From positions 72,974,001 through 73,038,000 of the forward strand of contig OX597818.1 in the NCBI GenBank assembly GCA_951406725.2: DNA of 64,000 nt, in the 5' to 3' direction. The translations under genes and the position numbers were made by a program. Shown piece by piece: positions 1-12,676 of this stretch. The first letter of the stretch is position 1; every line of letters begins with the position of its first letter. Under the pieces are notes generated by a model. That model made no database searches. It saw only the letters and a list, made by a program, of their open reading frames with translations, and was not told the origin of the DNA. This DNA comes from Octopus vulgaris (lineage: Eukaryota).

Positions 1-232
1 TACGTGTCAAGTATTTTCATTTGAAAACGTAATGTTTTAATGATGCATAAGATTACATGCAGTTATTGATTACACAAAGGCCATAGACCTATTCATGCAC
101 ACACACATAGACATACATACGCATGTATGCAAGAAGGCTATAAAGGCACACATATCTGTATGTGTACATGTATGCATACACATTCACGTATGTCTGAAAA
201 CATATACGTATATCCAACTTATATTTATATAC

Positions 233-280
<48 letters not shown>

Positions 281-313
281 CTTTATTTAAAGCAGCAGAA
301 AATTCAACAAAAT

Positions 314-351
314 CTGTTACTCTGAGTTTCTCGTTGCCGTTCATCAGACAG
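314..351 (-). ncRNA. Minimal type I hammerhead ribozyme motif in a short repeat between microsatellites
   Basis: Minus strand reads CUGU-CUGAUGA-A-CG-GCAA-CG-A-GAAA-CUCAGAGU-A-ACAG: intact core, 4-bp stem I, short stem II with GNRA loop, near-palindromic stem III, GUA cleavage triplet. Confidence 0.65.
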
Positions 352-1348
352 TTTTTACACATACATATATATATATATATATACATATACATACACACGC
401 ACACACACATGCATACACACATATACACACACATAGAAGCATATACTCGTATATAAAGCAGAAACTCTTCACAGATATATGACTGTTACGTGTGTGAACG
501 CAAATGTGTGCGTGCGTGTCTGTGTGAGTGTATTTAGTGTGTGAGTATGTGTGTGCTGTGTGTGTGTGCGTGCGTGTGTATGTGTGTGTGTGTGTGTGTG
601 TGTGTTCACAGCTGATATTTATATAACTTACCATGTATGTTGAATATATGCTTATCATTCAATATGATACTTGTGTTGTCAACTAACTATAAATTATGGT
701 TCCTTCGCACCAGTAGATATCTTTAGCGACAACAGGTAAAAGCCATCATCAATAACGTCAAAGTAGATTTTTTCAAAAGGTTTATTTTATTATTTCTGTT
801 TTATAATTTTATTTTTATGTTAAGATAAAATATCTTTCTTATATATTGGTCGTTTTAAAATGGTTTAAATATCTGGCCTGCTTTTCATTAAGAAACACAC
901 AGAAAATATTTTAAGCAAAAAGAAAAATGAACATTGCAGACCAAAGGAAAATGTATTTATTTACTACAATCGCATCTAATGTTACAGTGGAAGCCAGTTG
1001 TAAAAATATTTCTATCAGAGATGACCTGCCTTCTATTCTTCTTTGCATGGCATATTTTCTTTAATTATGTAGCGTTCACAATGTTGTAAGTTGTGTTTTA
1101 TATGGTCTACAAAGAGACGTGAGCAGTGCTTTCAGTGCAGTGGTTCATAGTTGCGAACATTGCATTCGTATTTTCATCTAATCGCATTCCTTTTGTTTTT
1201 CGCTTGCTGCTACTGTTTAACTTATGTTAAGTGTTTAACAAGGGGAACAACAGAAAGCGCTAGTGTGCGATACAGTATATAGATTCTCTCTTATGAAGTA
1301 TCAATCCTTCCTTCCTTTCTTCTTTCCTCCATGCCTGAAGACTTACAG

Positions 1349-1408
1349 TAACTGAGTGCCCTTTGTGATCACGTTAACTGAGTGCCTTTTGTGATCACGT
1401 TAACTGAG
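1349..1408. repeat. 26-bp tandem duplication (~2.3 copies)
   Basis: taactgagtgcc(c/t)tttgtgatcacgt twice, then taactgag. Confidence 0.9.
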
Positions 1409-2159
1409 ATGTGGTATCTCGGAGCTGTAGTTGAGTCCAGATACAGACTTTGCAGGTTTCGTGTTGTGAGTATACTCCGCCACACATTAGATATTACCGT
1501 CTCTTAGGTGAATCCAAATGTTTGGTGATTAAATTCTGAGAGAATGATCAAGGTGCAGTGATCAGTGCTGGGTTATTTTTCCCTGGAGTCTATTTGTAGA
1601 GCTTTCTACGTTTGAGAAAACGTACTGCTCCTCTTGAGTCTCCATTGCCTCTCGATCTGTCTGATAGCGATATCTCCTGCTATGAGCAACTTCGATTTGT
1701 AAAGCCGGTTACTGCAGGTATGGATATGCTGGAAGGTTTTATGCATAAATAAACATGACAGTGGTATAGGGACGCTGGGGCTCATGGTCTCTTGTCCGAC
1801 TGAACAGGTACAATTGAGGAATATTGCTGCTATCTCTTGTTAGGTAAGGGCCAATAAATTAATACCTCCTTATCACTCTTCATCTTAGTTTCTGAACAAG
1901 AAACCGCTCACTCGTCTCAGAACATTCCACTCAGCTCCAGAGTTTTTGTATCCATTGCACAGATTCTTCCGAGATAAGACATCCATTGTGCAGACTCTAC
2001 CGAGATAAAACACACGAATGAATAATAAGATGGTCACCATCAAGTTGGATTTGTTAATTGTTAGCAAGTCATAAGAAGACATGCGTATTGTTTGTTAAGC
2101 AAGGAGTGAATTCATTTTAAGTTTCCTGGAAGTACACATAAACCTATATTAGTAAGTTT

Positions 2160-2290
2160 ATTCCGACAGTATCAACTTCACTTTTAATCCTTTTGGAGTC
2201 GAGGAAATAAGTACCAGCCAAGCAGTAGGGTCGATTAGCTCCCTTCTCCAAAATTGCAGGCTTTTTTTTTTTGCCTTTAGTAATAAGTAT
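2160..2290 (+). mobile_element. Degenerate SINE fragment (family of 6924-7160)
   Basis: cttttaatccttttggagtcgaggaaataagtaccag matches the central domain of the full copy. Confidence 0.6.
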
Positions 2291-2410
2291 AATATTAGTG
2301 AATGCTCATAATTTCTTATTTACACGGTTAGGTTTAGTTAGAAACAATAACTGTTCTGTGTCCATGAAGATATTTTACGTTCTCTTTCAGAGACAGAGAG
2401 AAAGAGATAG

Positions 2411-2466
<56 letters not shown>

Positions 2467-2675
2467 GTAGCATTGATGCAATGGGAGTCAGTACCAATAT
2501 TTACCTGGTTGGTTTATACGGAGGAGGCGAGAAAATCAACGTGAGTTGGTAAAGGAAAGCAGTTACCTTGGATCTTTAATGACGAATTACTAATTGCTGG
2601 ACGAAACATTCGTGTTTTAGGCCATATTCCAACATTCAGTCAAAGTCTTTGACATGATTATATGATCTAGTATGA

Positions 2676-2731
<56 letters not shown>

Positions 2732-3187
2732 CAGACAGACAGACTGAGAGAGAAAGAAAGAAGGTCGGGAAGAAAGAGTGAGAGAAAGAAACAGAGACAG
2801 AGAAAGAAATAGAGAAACAGAGAGAGAAAGAGTCAGGATAGTTGGGCTAAGGGAATGCTTAAAATATGAGCATTCTATACAGAGCGTGTATAGCAATAAA
2901 CATAGGGCATAACTTGCAGAAGCAGGACACTTTGGATTTGAAGTTTGCCATTGAGTTTTCTAAGAATAACAAAAGAATAATTTAGAAAATGCAGAGAGAA
3001 ACGTGGAAATGGCTGAAAATTCCAGACACGTGTAACATATATTCCACATTACCCTCTAGTATATAGAGTGTAACACAGTTGTACCATTTCAATTCTTCAA
3101 CATCATCAGTCATCACCATCATTACCATCCTCGTCTTCGGTCTCTTCGTTTTTGTCTTTGACGTGATCATCAACATCATGATCATCA

Positions 3188-3310
3188 TTTAACGTCCGTG
3201 TTCCATGTTGGCATGGTTGCTCAGTCTGAGGGGTTCCAGTGCGTCTAAGGATTGTATCGGACACCATCGTCTGCTTTGGCATGACTTATATGGCTGGATG
3301 CCCTTCCGGG
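3188..3310 (-). mobile_element. SINE fragment, Meta-domain-like
   Basis: Minus strand has ggaagggcatccagcc, typical of MetaSINE central domains; (atc)n tract adjacent. Confidence 0.45.
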
Positions 3311-3329
3311 TGAGGAGACTCTGGTCTTG

Positions 3330-3905
3330 TGCTGCTATGGTGCACTTTCTGTTTCGATTTTCAACCTGACATTCTCCAGTAACTCATGAGTTCTTTATTA
3401 TCTACATCAGTTTTCCCAGCTCGTTTGGGGTATTGTTCATGCAATGCCCCAATAGTTTTTCTTTCCTCCGTCTTGATTTTCCTTCGATCTGTCCTGTTTC
3501 GTTTTAGTTTTACACTTATCATTATCATAATCAGGCAGGTTAAGCTCTCGTCTGTATTTATATGCCTCCTTTGAGGTTGAGTACCGTTTCTTAATCTGTT
3601 CAAGCTGCCTTACTAGCTGTATCATCCAGTCGGTGTTACACTGGATGTACACTTGAGGTCCTATCGTGGTCCTTTCGTGGGAGATAGAGACGGTGGACGT
3701 CGGATTTTGGGTGGTACATCCTGTTAAGTGCCAGCACTTTTCTGGTCTTTATATCCATACGCTGGAGTTCACTCAGATTCCAACTAATGACATTCAGGCT
3801 ATAATAGACAACTGATTCCACCTGTGAGTTTATAGCTGCAATATTATTCTAAAGGTTCAGCTAAGTATTCAGGATCTTTCTGAAGCGTCTATAATACTCC
3901 TTTAT
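3330..3905 (-). mobile_element. R4/Dong-like non-LTR retrotransposon fragment (post-RT region)
   Basis: Peptides WNLSELQRMDIKTRKVL...HPKSDVHRLYLPRK and ALHEQY...WRMSG; stops and frameshifts. Confidence 0.8.
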
Positions 3906-3972
3906 GATAATTATGTTGTTATTATTGTTGTTGTTGTTGTTGTTATTGCTCTTGTTGTTATTATTATTACTA

Positions 3973-4006
<34 letters not shown>

Positions 4007-4100
4007 CAGCACGACCACCACGACCACCACCACCATCATCATCATCATAAGCATCATCATCATTATGATTATTGTTATTATTAATATTAATATTATTAAT
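3905..4100. repeat. Compound (TTG/TTA/CCA/TCA)n trinucleotide microsatellite
   Basis: Direct inspection. Confidence 0.95.
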
Positions 4101-5335
4101 TTTTTATGTTTGACGTTTGCTTTGCATTTCCACAAGTTGACTCCAAGTCTCACCCAGAGACCTCAAGAGACAAGAGGTTCATGTTGATGTTATGACTTGG
4201 GTGCCATATATTTGATTCTGTACATAGTATTGTTCTAGAGAATGTTTATGAAACCATAAGAAAATTACGAGTTTGTTTTAAAATTTAAGATTACATAGTA
4301 TTATATGCAGGATATGGTCAGTTCCAATTAGCACTATCTTTTGAATTTCTTCCATTTTGGGGTTTCCTGTTATCTGAGCTAGGTAGCAATCAACCCCTTT
4401 TGCTAAAACAATACCTGTTGTCATAAGTGCCCTAGAAATGATTCCTAGTGCACCTATGCCAACGGGTATTGTTTTACTCTTCAGGTTCCATATTTTGCTA
4501 ATTTTTATTTCAAGATCTTTATAATTGCTCAGTTTTTTGTAGGTTTTGACAGATACATTTATATCGATTGGGACACTCATATCAATGAAGAGGCATTCAG
4601 GTTCCACATTTTGTTAATTTCTCAGTTTTTGGTAGACCTTGACAGATACATTTATGTCAGTTTGAGCGGTGAAGTTTCAGAGGAGTAATATGTGATCAGT
4701 TTCAAGGACTGTAGGTGGTTTGTGTTCCCACCAGTTTTTATCATGGGACTGGTCAAGTTTTTGCAAATTACTTAGTAAATGAATTGTGCTACACTATCAT
4801 CCCTGTTGAGATACTTTGTAGGTGCAAGAAGACTGCACCTTGGAGACAACATGATCAATGGTTTCATTTTGTTATTGACATACACGACATGTTGGGCTAC
4901 TCCCATTCTTTAATATGTTTGCCTGGTAGTTCCTTGTAGGTAGGCATTGATCTTGGGTTGCTATGATAAGCCCTTCTGTTTCTGATTTTAAGCCAAAAGA
5001 CACTGATGATTGATGGGTAAGGGTTTTGTCAACATCGGTACGATTATCTCTCTTTGGGCATTTGTTATTGAGAGGTTTTTCTTGCCATTTATCAGTAAGA
5101 ATATCTAGGGCATCAGTTTTAGATCGGATTTTCATACGCTTAGCTTTTTCTGTGCTTGTTTCTAGTACGCCTATATGTGGAATTCACTTAGATAATCCTT
5201 TGCCTGTGTTGTTACTGAGTATGTTGCTTTCTTGCTTTCATGGTTTTGAGACAAGTTTACCATCCAGTCATCAAAGATTCTCAGGGAGAGCAATCTTCAT
5301 TGTTAATTCCACGGCCACCCTCTTTTCTTGGCAGG
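4100..5335 (-). mobile_element. R4/Dong-like retrotransposon 3' end (CCHC knuckle, RLE endonuclease, 3' UTR)
   Basis: GLKSETEGLIIATQDQ...CRVC and IDMSVPIDINV...KYKDLE-like...IPVGIGALG; 3' end runs into a (TAA)-rich tract. Confidence 0.85.
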
Positions 5336-5371
5336 TAACGTAGTTCTGTATCTTCCTTAGGGTGGGGTATT

Positions 5372-5771
5372 ATACTCTTTATACTCTTTTACTTGTTTCA
5401 GTCATTTGACTGCGGCCATGCTGGAGCACCGCCTTTAATCGAGCAACTCGACCTCGGGACTTATTCTTTTGTAAGCCCAGTACTTATTCTATCTGTCTCT
5501 TTTGCCGATCTGCTAAGTAACGGAGACATAAACACACCAGCATCGGTTGTCAAGCAATGCTAGGGCGACAAATACAGACACACAAACACACACATATATA
5601 TACATACATATATACGACGGGCTTCTTTCAGTTTCCGTCTACCAAATTCACTCACAAGGCTTTGGTCGGCCCGAGGCTATAGTAGAAGACACTTGCCCAA
5701 GGTGCAACGCAGTGGGACTGAACCCGGAACCACGTGGTTGGTAAACAAGCTACTTACCACACAGCCACTCC
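5372..5771 (-). mobile_element. tRNA-derived CORE-type SINE (resembles octopus OR SINEs)
   Basis: Minus strand: tRNA-like head (gtggctgtgtggtaa...gggttcagtccc), CORE-like caccttgggcaagtgtctt, internal CA/TA tract, (agagtaaa)n tail; near-identical copies at 16793 and 35386. Confidence 0.85.
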
Positions 5772-5844
5772 AATGCATTCTATGCATTGTCGACAATTTT
5801 CTTTATTTTATTTTTCTGTCAAGATTACATATTTCAGTAATGGA

Positions 5845-6371
5845 CCAGTAAAGGATGGTGGCTGTGGCGAAAGCACTTGTTTGGTGGACAAGACTGAAAG
5901 GCATCAGGACAGATTCATTCCTCTTTGGTAGAGCTCGCATGGACTTCTTCAAGTTTCACTTGAAAAAGAAATTGAGAGTGGATAGGGAAGTGCTGTCCTC
6001 GACTCAGTTTATTGAAAGGTGGGTGAAATTTGCGAAAATGACAAAAGTGGATGGTAACTGTCTTAGTGCAGCCCTGTGAGTTTGGAGAGAAGAAAGTGGA
6101 TAGGGCACTTGTCCTGGTGTTTCGGGAAATGTCGGACAGTAGGGTTCCTCGATTATACCTAGAAGCTTTCCTGTATCAGGAGGGCTACATCTCTGTCAAC
6201 CTCTCTGCCCCATCTTTTTTTAAACTGTGCATGCTAAGCATATGTCCCTTTTATTCAGCGTATACCATGTGTACTTTCTTTTTCATTATCATTTCATTAC
6301 ATGTAAACTCCCACACTTTATGCCTGGCTTTGTATTGCCCCCACTGATCTTTTGCGCTTGCAGCAAATAAA
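5845..6371 (+). mobile_element. L1/Tx1-clade LINE 3' end (ORF2 C-terminus and 3' UTR)
   Basis: ORF 5855-6079 AKALVWWTRLKG...FIERW resembles Tx1 ORF2 ends; UTR ends in aaataaa followed by (ATC)n. Confidence 0.55.
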
Positions 6372-6414
6372 TTAAATCATCATCATCATGATCATCATCA
6401 TCATGATCATCATG

Positions 6415-6483
<69 letters not shown>

Positions 6484-6502
6484 CTCTTCCTCCTCATCAT
6501 CG

Positions 6503-6578
<76 letters not shown>

Positions 6579-6590
6579 CATTATTTACTT
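6372..6590. repeat. (ATC)n/(ATT)n microsatellite
   Basis: Direct inspection. Confidence 0.95.
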
Positions 6591-6923
6591 TTAATCTGCA
6601 TATTTGTTACAATCACCCAGCGTCCAAGGGCGAGTGAAAGATATGTTCGTTTCTCTTACCTATCCTCTCTGTTGTATTCATTGATAACCTACTTTGATAG
6701 CATTTAACGGAGCTGTTGTGTGGGGGGTATCCTACAGTACGGCTATGCCAATCTCGTCTATTTTAGGAGCAAAAGAAAAATAACTGAAACAATCTTCGTA
6801 TCAAGAAAGTACCATCTCACAATAGATTCCTAGATATGCTCAGGATTCGGATAGAGTCTTTACAATTGCTTCAATCACCAGGCTTCTACGAGTGAAAGCT
6901 CAGTCCAACCACATACCAACAAA

Positions 6924-7160
6924 GGCGGCGAGCTGGCAGATTCGTTAGCACGCCGGGCGAAATGCTTAGCGGTATTTCATCTGCCGTTACGTTCTGAGTT
7001 CAAATTCCACCGAGGTCGACTTTGCCTTTCATCCTTTCGGGGTCGATTAAATAAGTACCAGTTACGCACTGGGGTCTATGTAATCGACTTAATCCGTTTG
7101 TCTGTCCTTGTTTGTCCCTTCTGTGTTTAGCCCCTTGTGGGTAGTAAAGAAATATAAGAA
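6924..7160 (+). mobile_element. Full-length tRNA-derived SINE with Nin-like central domain and 11-bp TSD
   Basis: A-box-like ggcggcgagctggcag, B-box-like gagttcaaattcc, central gtcgactttgcctttcatcctttcggggtcga; acataccaaca at 6911-6921 and 7163-7173. Confidence 0.9.
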
Positions 7161-8690
7161 TAACATACCAACAGATTTTGACGTTCTACATGGTTCATCT
7201 GAGAAACAGAGTATTGCTCTGACATCTGGAATTACATACTCACTTACATGACTAATACACTTAATGCTAAAACAATATATAAATATATTCATAGTTCTTA
7301 TATATCATATGACGGAGGAGAATTGGCAAAATCAAAAATACTTTGTAGCATTTCATTCGGACATTAACATGCATAGTTCAAATTCCGTCGATGCCAATTT
7401 TGCTTTTAATCTATAAGTCGCCTCTCCTCAAAATTGTTGGCCTTGAAACCTGCTCTGGACGGGTATCCTGTTCACAGGGTGTGATGGACTTTCGATCACT
7501 TATACACCATGGTAAAAAAAAATAACATACCTAATGAACGCCAAGACGCAAGAAAAATAATAAATAAATGTACTGTATAGGACAAAAGGGTTGTTAACAT
7601 AAGTGTTGATATGTATGGGACATAGCGACTTAGCTAGTGGGCGTGGAGTCAATTTTCAGGTCAATGTATACATTAGTTGAAACGTAACAAAGTAGCAGCG
7701 TCACATGTAATATAATTACTGATAATGGGAATTTTCATTGTATTTTCAATAAAATGAGAACCATCATGTAGATACAACACAATTTCGGCTCGAAAAGTGG
7801 AGCACAAATTGGAAGACGACGTATAACCGAAGAAATATGGAGCGTATAACGGCCGAAACGTGGATAATATATCAATTCTAATGCCAGCTGTAGAATGAAT
7901 ATATCTTTATATAATGATAATGTAAGAAATTTTTCAGTGTATAGGTATAGAGAGATACAGTAACAACCAAAGTCTAATAGATACATACATACATGCATTA
8001 CATAAATCCATACTTACAAATAAATATATAAGTATGTGTGTGTGTGTGTCTTTATGTCTGTGTGTATTTGTGCGTGCGTGGTACGTGGCTGCTTATAAAT
8101 CTGTGTTGTGTGTGTATGTGTGCGTATGTGCATGTGTGTGTGATTGCACATGTATCTACCCTTGTTTATATATATGGTTGTGCGTATGTGCTAGTGTGTA
8201 TGTAGGTATGTAATTATCCATATGAACATTAACTTTTACATAAGGAGATAATTGACGTTACAGAACATATTCGAGTATATTATTCATTGTTCTAACGAGT
8301 GTATAAAATGGCTCAAACTCAAATTTATGTAGCATCACTTATATATAATCTGGTAGCTTAAAAGCTGTACTCTGTGCAAACCTGGTAAGGGCTAATTGGG
8401 CCTGCGGCCCAAAACTGTAGAGAGGTAAATATAATACTTCCACGACTATATACCCCGATGGTGTTTGATCTATTGTTCCGGTCCCAAGTTGTAATCCAAT
8501 CTTTTACCAATTTGTCCCCAAGTTCTTACCTCGATGTAAAATTAACGAAAGAAATGTCATTTATCTTCCCCTTGACCTCTGATGTCATCTGACAAAAGCC
8601 AGCCAAAATGGCTGCTGGAATTAGCAACCCAAATGCTTTTAAATCAGATCCCAATGCTAGCTGTTCAAGAACCAAACGAAGGGTAGATTT

Positions 8691-9129
8691 GGTATCATCT
8701 CGGTTTGAACGGCAGTTTTTAAAAATAATTTCCTCGTAACTAAGCACATCTAAACTTCGTATACTGGTAGAATGTGTTTATAAAATATATTTTTCTCTTG
8801 GCTTTATTGAGAAAATTCTATAGTTTGTAAGATATTTGTTGTTTTTATCTGCAATTTCAACCAATCAATGACATCTATTGAGGTGAAAACATTCTGTACC
8901 GTATGAATATGTTCCTCGTTTAAGAAACAGATTGGTTTTATTTACATTTCTGAAGAAAAAAAGATACCCTTCTCCCCACCCCTAACCCCAACCCTAACCC
9001 TAACTAGCCCTAACTAACCCTAACCTTAAAACACATTGAAATGTAATAGATCGATTCTAGGGTCATAACTATGGGGGACAATTTCATATGACAATGCTAG
9101 AAAAACTGCCGTTCAAACCGAAGAGATCC
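8691..9129. mobile_element. MITE with ~30-bp TIRs, 7-bp TSD and internal telomere-type repeats
   Basis: tcggtttgaacggcagttttt / aaaaactgccgttcaaaccga; GG...CC termini; tagattt at 8684-8690 and 9130-9136; (CCCTAA)-like array 8980-9026. Confidence 0.85.
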
Positions 9130-9450
9130 TAGATTTTCATTCGTGGGATCATCCTGATTCCAACAAGTTATATGTCTATGTAGAGCAGAGGTGGGGAAAA
9201 CCCCACCCTCGAGCCCATTTTATTGTGCCTGCAGGCTGGTATATTCATATGTACAAAATATAGTGAATTTTTCAATTATAAAATTTATGCAATTTTCGCA
9301 TCGGTCGCGTTTCCACTACGATTTAAAACGGTTAGACTCGAACGGAATATTGTCCTGTAATTGCCATTTGAACGGAAAGTTTGTTTTCACCGTAAAACAC
9401 GTATTGCTAGGGATGTACCACCCCCTTGTGACCCAACTTACGCTCTAACA

Positions 9451-9848
9451 TCTCTTATTATAAAAGGCAGATTTTATCTGCCTCCCTTTGGGAGTTAGAG
9501 AAATCTACAATATAGGATTTCTTCAATTACAATTTACCTAGCATTTTTAAGAGTAGAATGCATCGCGTCATGCCAGGTCCATTTTTGAAAATTTAAACTC
9601 CAATTAAGCAAAATTTACAGAAAACTCATATTCTGGTGTGTGTGTCAAATGCTTTCCTTAGTCTGGTTTACACCACACAAAAACGCACACACACAGTGGG
9701 CAACGAATAAAATGAAAGTAATTCACTTACTGTAGTGAGTGATTCTTTCACTCTGCCTCCCACTTCCTCTTTCCACACATCAAACACGCAAATATATAAA
9801 TAAAATTTAAGCTAACGTGCGTGTGTGTGAGTGTGTGTGTGTGCGCGC

Positions 9849-9879
<31 letters not shown>

Positions 9880-10243
9880 TGTGAGGGTGCGTGTGTGTGT
9901 GTGTGTGTGTGCGTGTGCGTGAGTGTGTGACAGGAAAGTTTTTTACGACGAATATAAGACCTATATCCAAGTAGCAGAAAGATAAGACAGTAAGGTGTGA
10001 TTTGGGGGAGATTTGGCTATTTCTACCATGTCTAGCTGCCATGTAGGGCTCTCCCTCATAGGCTCATACATACATATATACATAGATAAGACAGTAAGGT
10101 GTGATTTGGGGGAAATTTGGCTGCTATTTCTACCAGGTCTAGCTACCATGTAGAGGTCCCCCTCATTGGCTCATATATATATACATACATAAAACAGTAA
10201 GGTGTGATTTGAGGGAGATTTGGCTGCTGTTTCTACCAGGTCT
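9451..10243 (+). mobile_element. Probable non-autonomous Helitron 5' part containing a tandem repeat
   Basis: A|TCTCTTATTATAAAAG start; no 3' CTAG/hairpin found. Confidence 0.45.
9981..10243. repeat. ~104-bp tandem repeat, ~2.5 copies
   Basis: acagtaaggtgtgatttg(g/a)ggga...tttctacca units starting near 9981, 10085 and 10189. Confidence 0.9.
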
Positions 10244-10309
10244 GTTAGGCCTTCTCATGTAAACTCAAGCTTTCTCATGCCTTGAACATAAGACCAAAGC
10301 AGAGAATGT

Positions 10310-10520
10310 ATTCTTTTATTCTTCTGCTTTTTCCAGCCATTGGTCTGTGGCCATGCTGGGGCAATGCCTTGAAGAATTGTAGTTTAATGAATCAACTACA
10401 GTTTTATTTTTGTAAGCATTGCACTTATTCTATCTGTTTCCTTTGTCAAACCACTAGGTGACAGGGATGTAAACAAACCAACATTCGTTGTCAAGCAGTG
10501 GTGGAGGACAATCACAAGCA
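10310..10520 (-). mobile_element. Diverged CORE-SINE 3' half
   Basis: gtggccatgctggggca...acttattctatc...gttgtcaagc, similar to the 5372 copy. Confidence 0.65.
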
Positions 10521-10608
10521 CAGACACGCACACACACACGCATACATGCATACACATATACACACATACATACATACATACATATATATATATGTGTGTA
10601 TATATATA

Positions 10609-10864
10609 TTGCAGCGTGGAAGGTGTTTGTAAGCCATTTAAGAAACACACAAAAACCGTTACATTCACTTCAACATTTAAATTTAATTTGCCAAAATATT
10701 TTCGTCGCTTTGAGACCGCGACCTGTTCACTGACAAAAATATCGTGCTAACAGGTCGCGGTCTCAAAGCGACGAAAATATTTTGACAAATTAAATTTAAA
10801 TGTTGAGTGAATCTAACGGTTTTTGTGTGTTTCTTAAATGTTATAAACACCTTCAACGCTGCAA
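10609..10864. repeat. Long inverted repeat (~118-bp arms, 21-nt spacer), probably an inverted PLE pseudo-LTR
   Basis: 10609-10727 is the near-perfect reverse complement of 10749-10864. Confidence 0.9.
10687..10737 (-). ncRNA. Minimal hammerhead ribozyme motif with G3:C8 core swap
   Basis: UUUGUCA-GUGAACA-G-GUCGC-GGUCUCAAA-GCGAC-GAAA-AUAUU-U-UGGCAAA: 7-bp stem I, 5-bp stem II, palindromic AAUAUU stem III. Confidence 0.55.
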
Positions 10865-11016
10865 CTGTTTTCGTTCCAGCACACGATCTCAGATCAAGTC
10901 ACTTGCTATGCAAGTACATCTCTGTAACTATATATATATTTATATATATATATATATGTATATTGGTAAAAACAGTAAGATAACAAAAGACCTCAATATT
11001 ATGTAAATAGAGGAAA

Positions 11017-11410
11017 TCTTTATATATAAAAGTGAGGTTGTGTGTCTGTCTCCTACGATTTAGATTCCTAACTACTCCCACATTTTGCGGTGCAGTTTAA
11101 CCAAAACCGGGTATCTTATAGTCGTGATTCATATCGAGACCGTCTGGGTATTAGCGCGCGTCTACGATGAGTCTACGATTTAAAAAAATATTTACCATCA
11201 ATTTTTCCCATTTTTAATCCATTTTTGACATATATAAGGGAAGTAACTCTCTAAGATTTATTATTAAATCTCAGAACGTAAAAAGCTACAGTAACACCCC
11301 TCCTCCTTTGTGGTTAGCCATATTGAGATGGCTATTATACTTTACATCTCTAAAATGCTTATATAATTATTTCCCTTACAAACCCGAGCAACGCCGGGCG
11401 ATACTGCTAG
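11017..11410 (+). mobile_element. Complete non-autonomous Helitron
   Basis: A|TC 5' end (tctttatatataaaag), subterminal hairpin cccgagcaacgccggg, CTAG|T 3' end, no TSD. Confidence 0.9.
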
Positions 11411-11746
11411 TACATATATATAAGTAATATAAACGTCCTAAATTCAGTGACGTCTTAAAGAAGATGTTACACGTTAATATAATGCCTTAAACTCATCTTT
11501 ATTAATGTATATCGAAGTATACATATATACAAGATTTATACAGATATAAAAGTTAGAAGCTTTTTCTTTCGGCATTTTTGGCTGCCGCACTAAAAAGTTT
11601 CCCCACCCCTGATGTAGAGCAAATGTAGACTGAGATACTGAGGTCCCAAACGGACAGACAAAATTTCGCTTTTATTATTATAGATGACAATCTACATGTA
11701 ACTGACGAACGCATATAATACCACCTACACCCCACCCATGCATATA

Positions 11747-11798
<52 letters not shown>

Positions 11799-12296
11799 GA
11801 TGACGACAAACGAATAAGACCTCGATATTAGGTAAATAGAGGAATTTATATATGACAGCTTACTGACTGTCCTAAGCTATACATACATATATATATACAC
11901 ACACACAGATATATATATATATATATACAGAGAAAGAGAGAGAGAGATTTTTACCTGTATATTAAGTGCGTCTATGTGTGTGTCGGAATGGTTCTGCAAA
12001 TGTCTGTCTGAGTCGTCTTTGGCCGTATATATACGTGCATATAATGTAATACAAAGAAAAAAGAAGAAGAAACCGCATGAAAGAAACAAAGGGAAAAGTT
12101 TCACACGTTTGCCATGACCAATTTTCACAAGTTACATTGTTCTTTATTTGTTTCAATATTTTCTAGCGTTTCTTTATTCGGCAGAAATGTTTTTCAAATA
12201 TATTTAATTATTCATTTCCTAATTATATTTAATTTCAATTTCTCATTAACCTTCATTAATAATTTTTCGTAATACTTTTCGAATCGATTTCGAAAA

Positions 12297-12480
<184 letters not shown>

Positions 12481-12676
12481 TCTAATAATGTGAGAACGAA
12501 TCATTATATCTTGTGATTCAGTTTGTGTCGCCTGTTGTAGGTTGTCAACACTGATCTAAAACTTTCGTTAGTCTTCATAGAAATATAACAGAACAAATCA
12601 TATGAAGATATAAGTACAAAGACATTGCAATGCGCAGGCTCACTCTCGCGCACATAAACCTCAGTATATACATATA

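Noticed and set aside
95-660. ORFs rich in HT/YI/CV dipeptides (also throughout the window)
   Set aside because: Translations of (CA)n, (TA)n and (CATA)n microsatellites, not genes.
1410-2080. Possible LINE endonuclease remnant (KLLIAGD on the minus strand)
   Set aside because: Only one weak motif; too degraded to call.
8526-8747. 73-aa ORF ending at a GTAAGA donor-like site
   Set aside because: Its start lies inside the MITE; with the MITE removed all frames hit stops; no recognisable family.
9981-10243. Repeat array that superficially resembles CRISPR
   Set aside because: Whole units repeat with no unique spacers, no cas genes, eukaryotic context.
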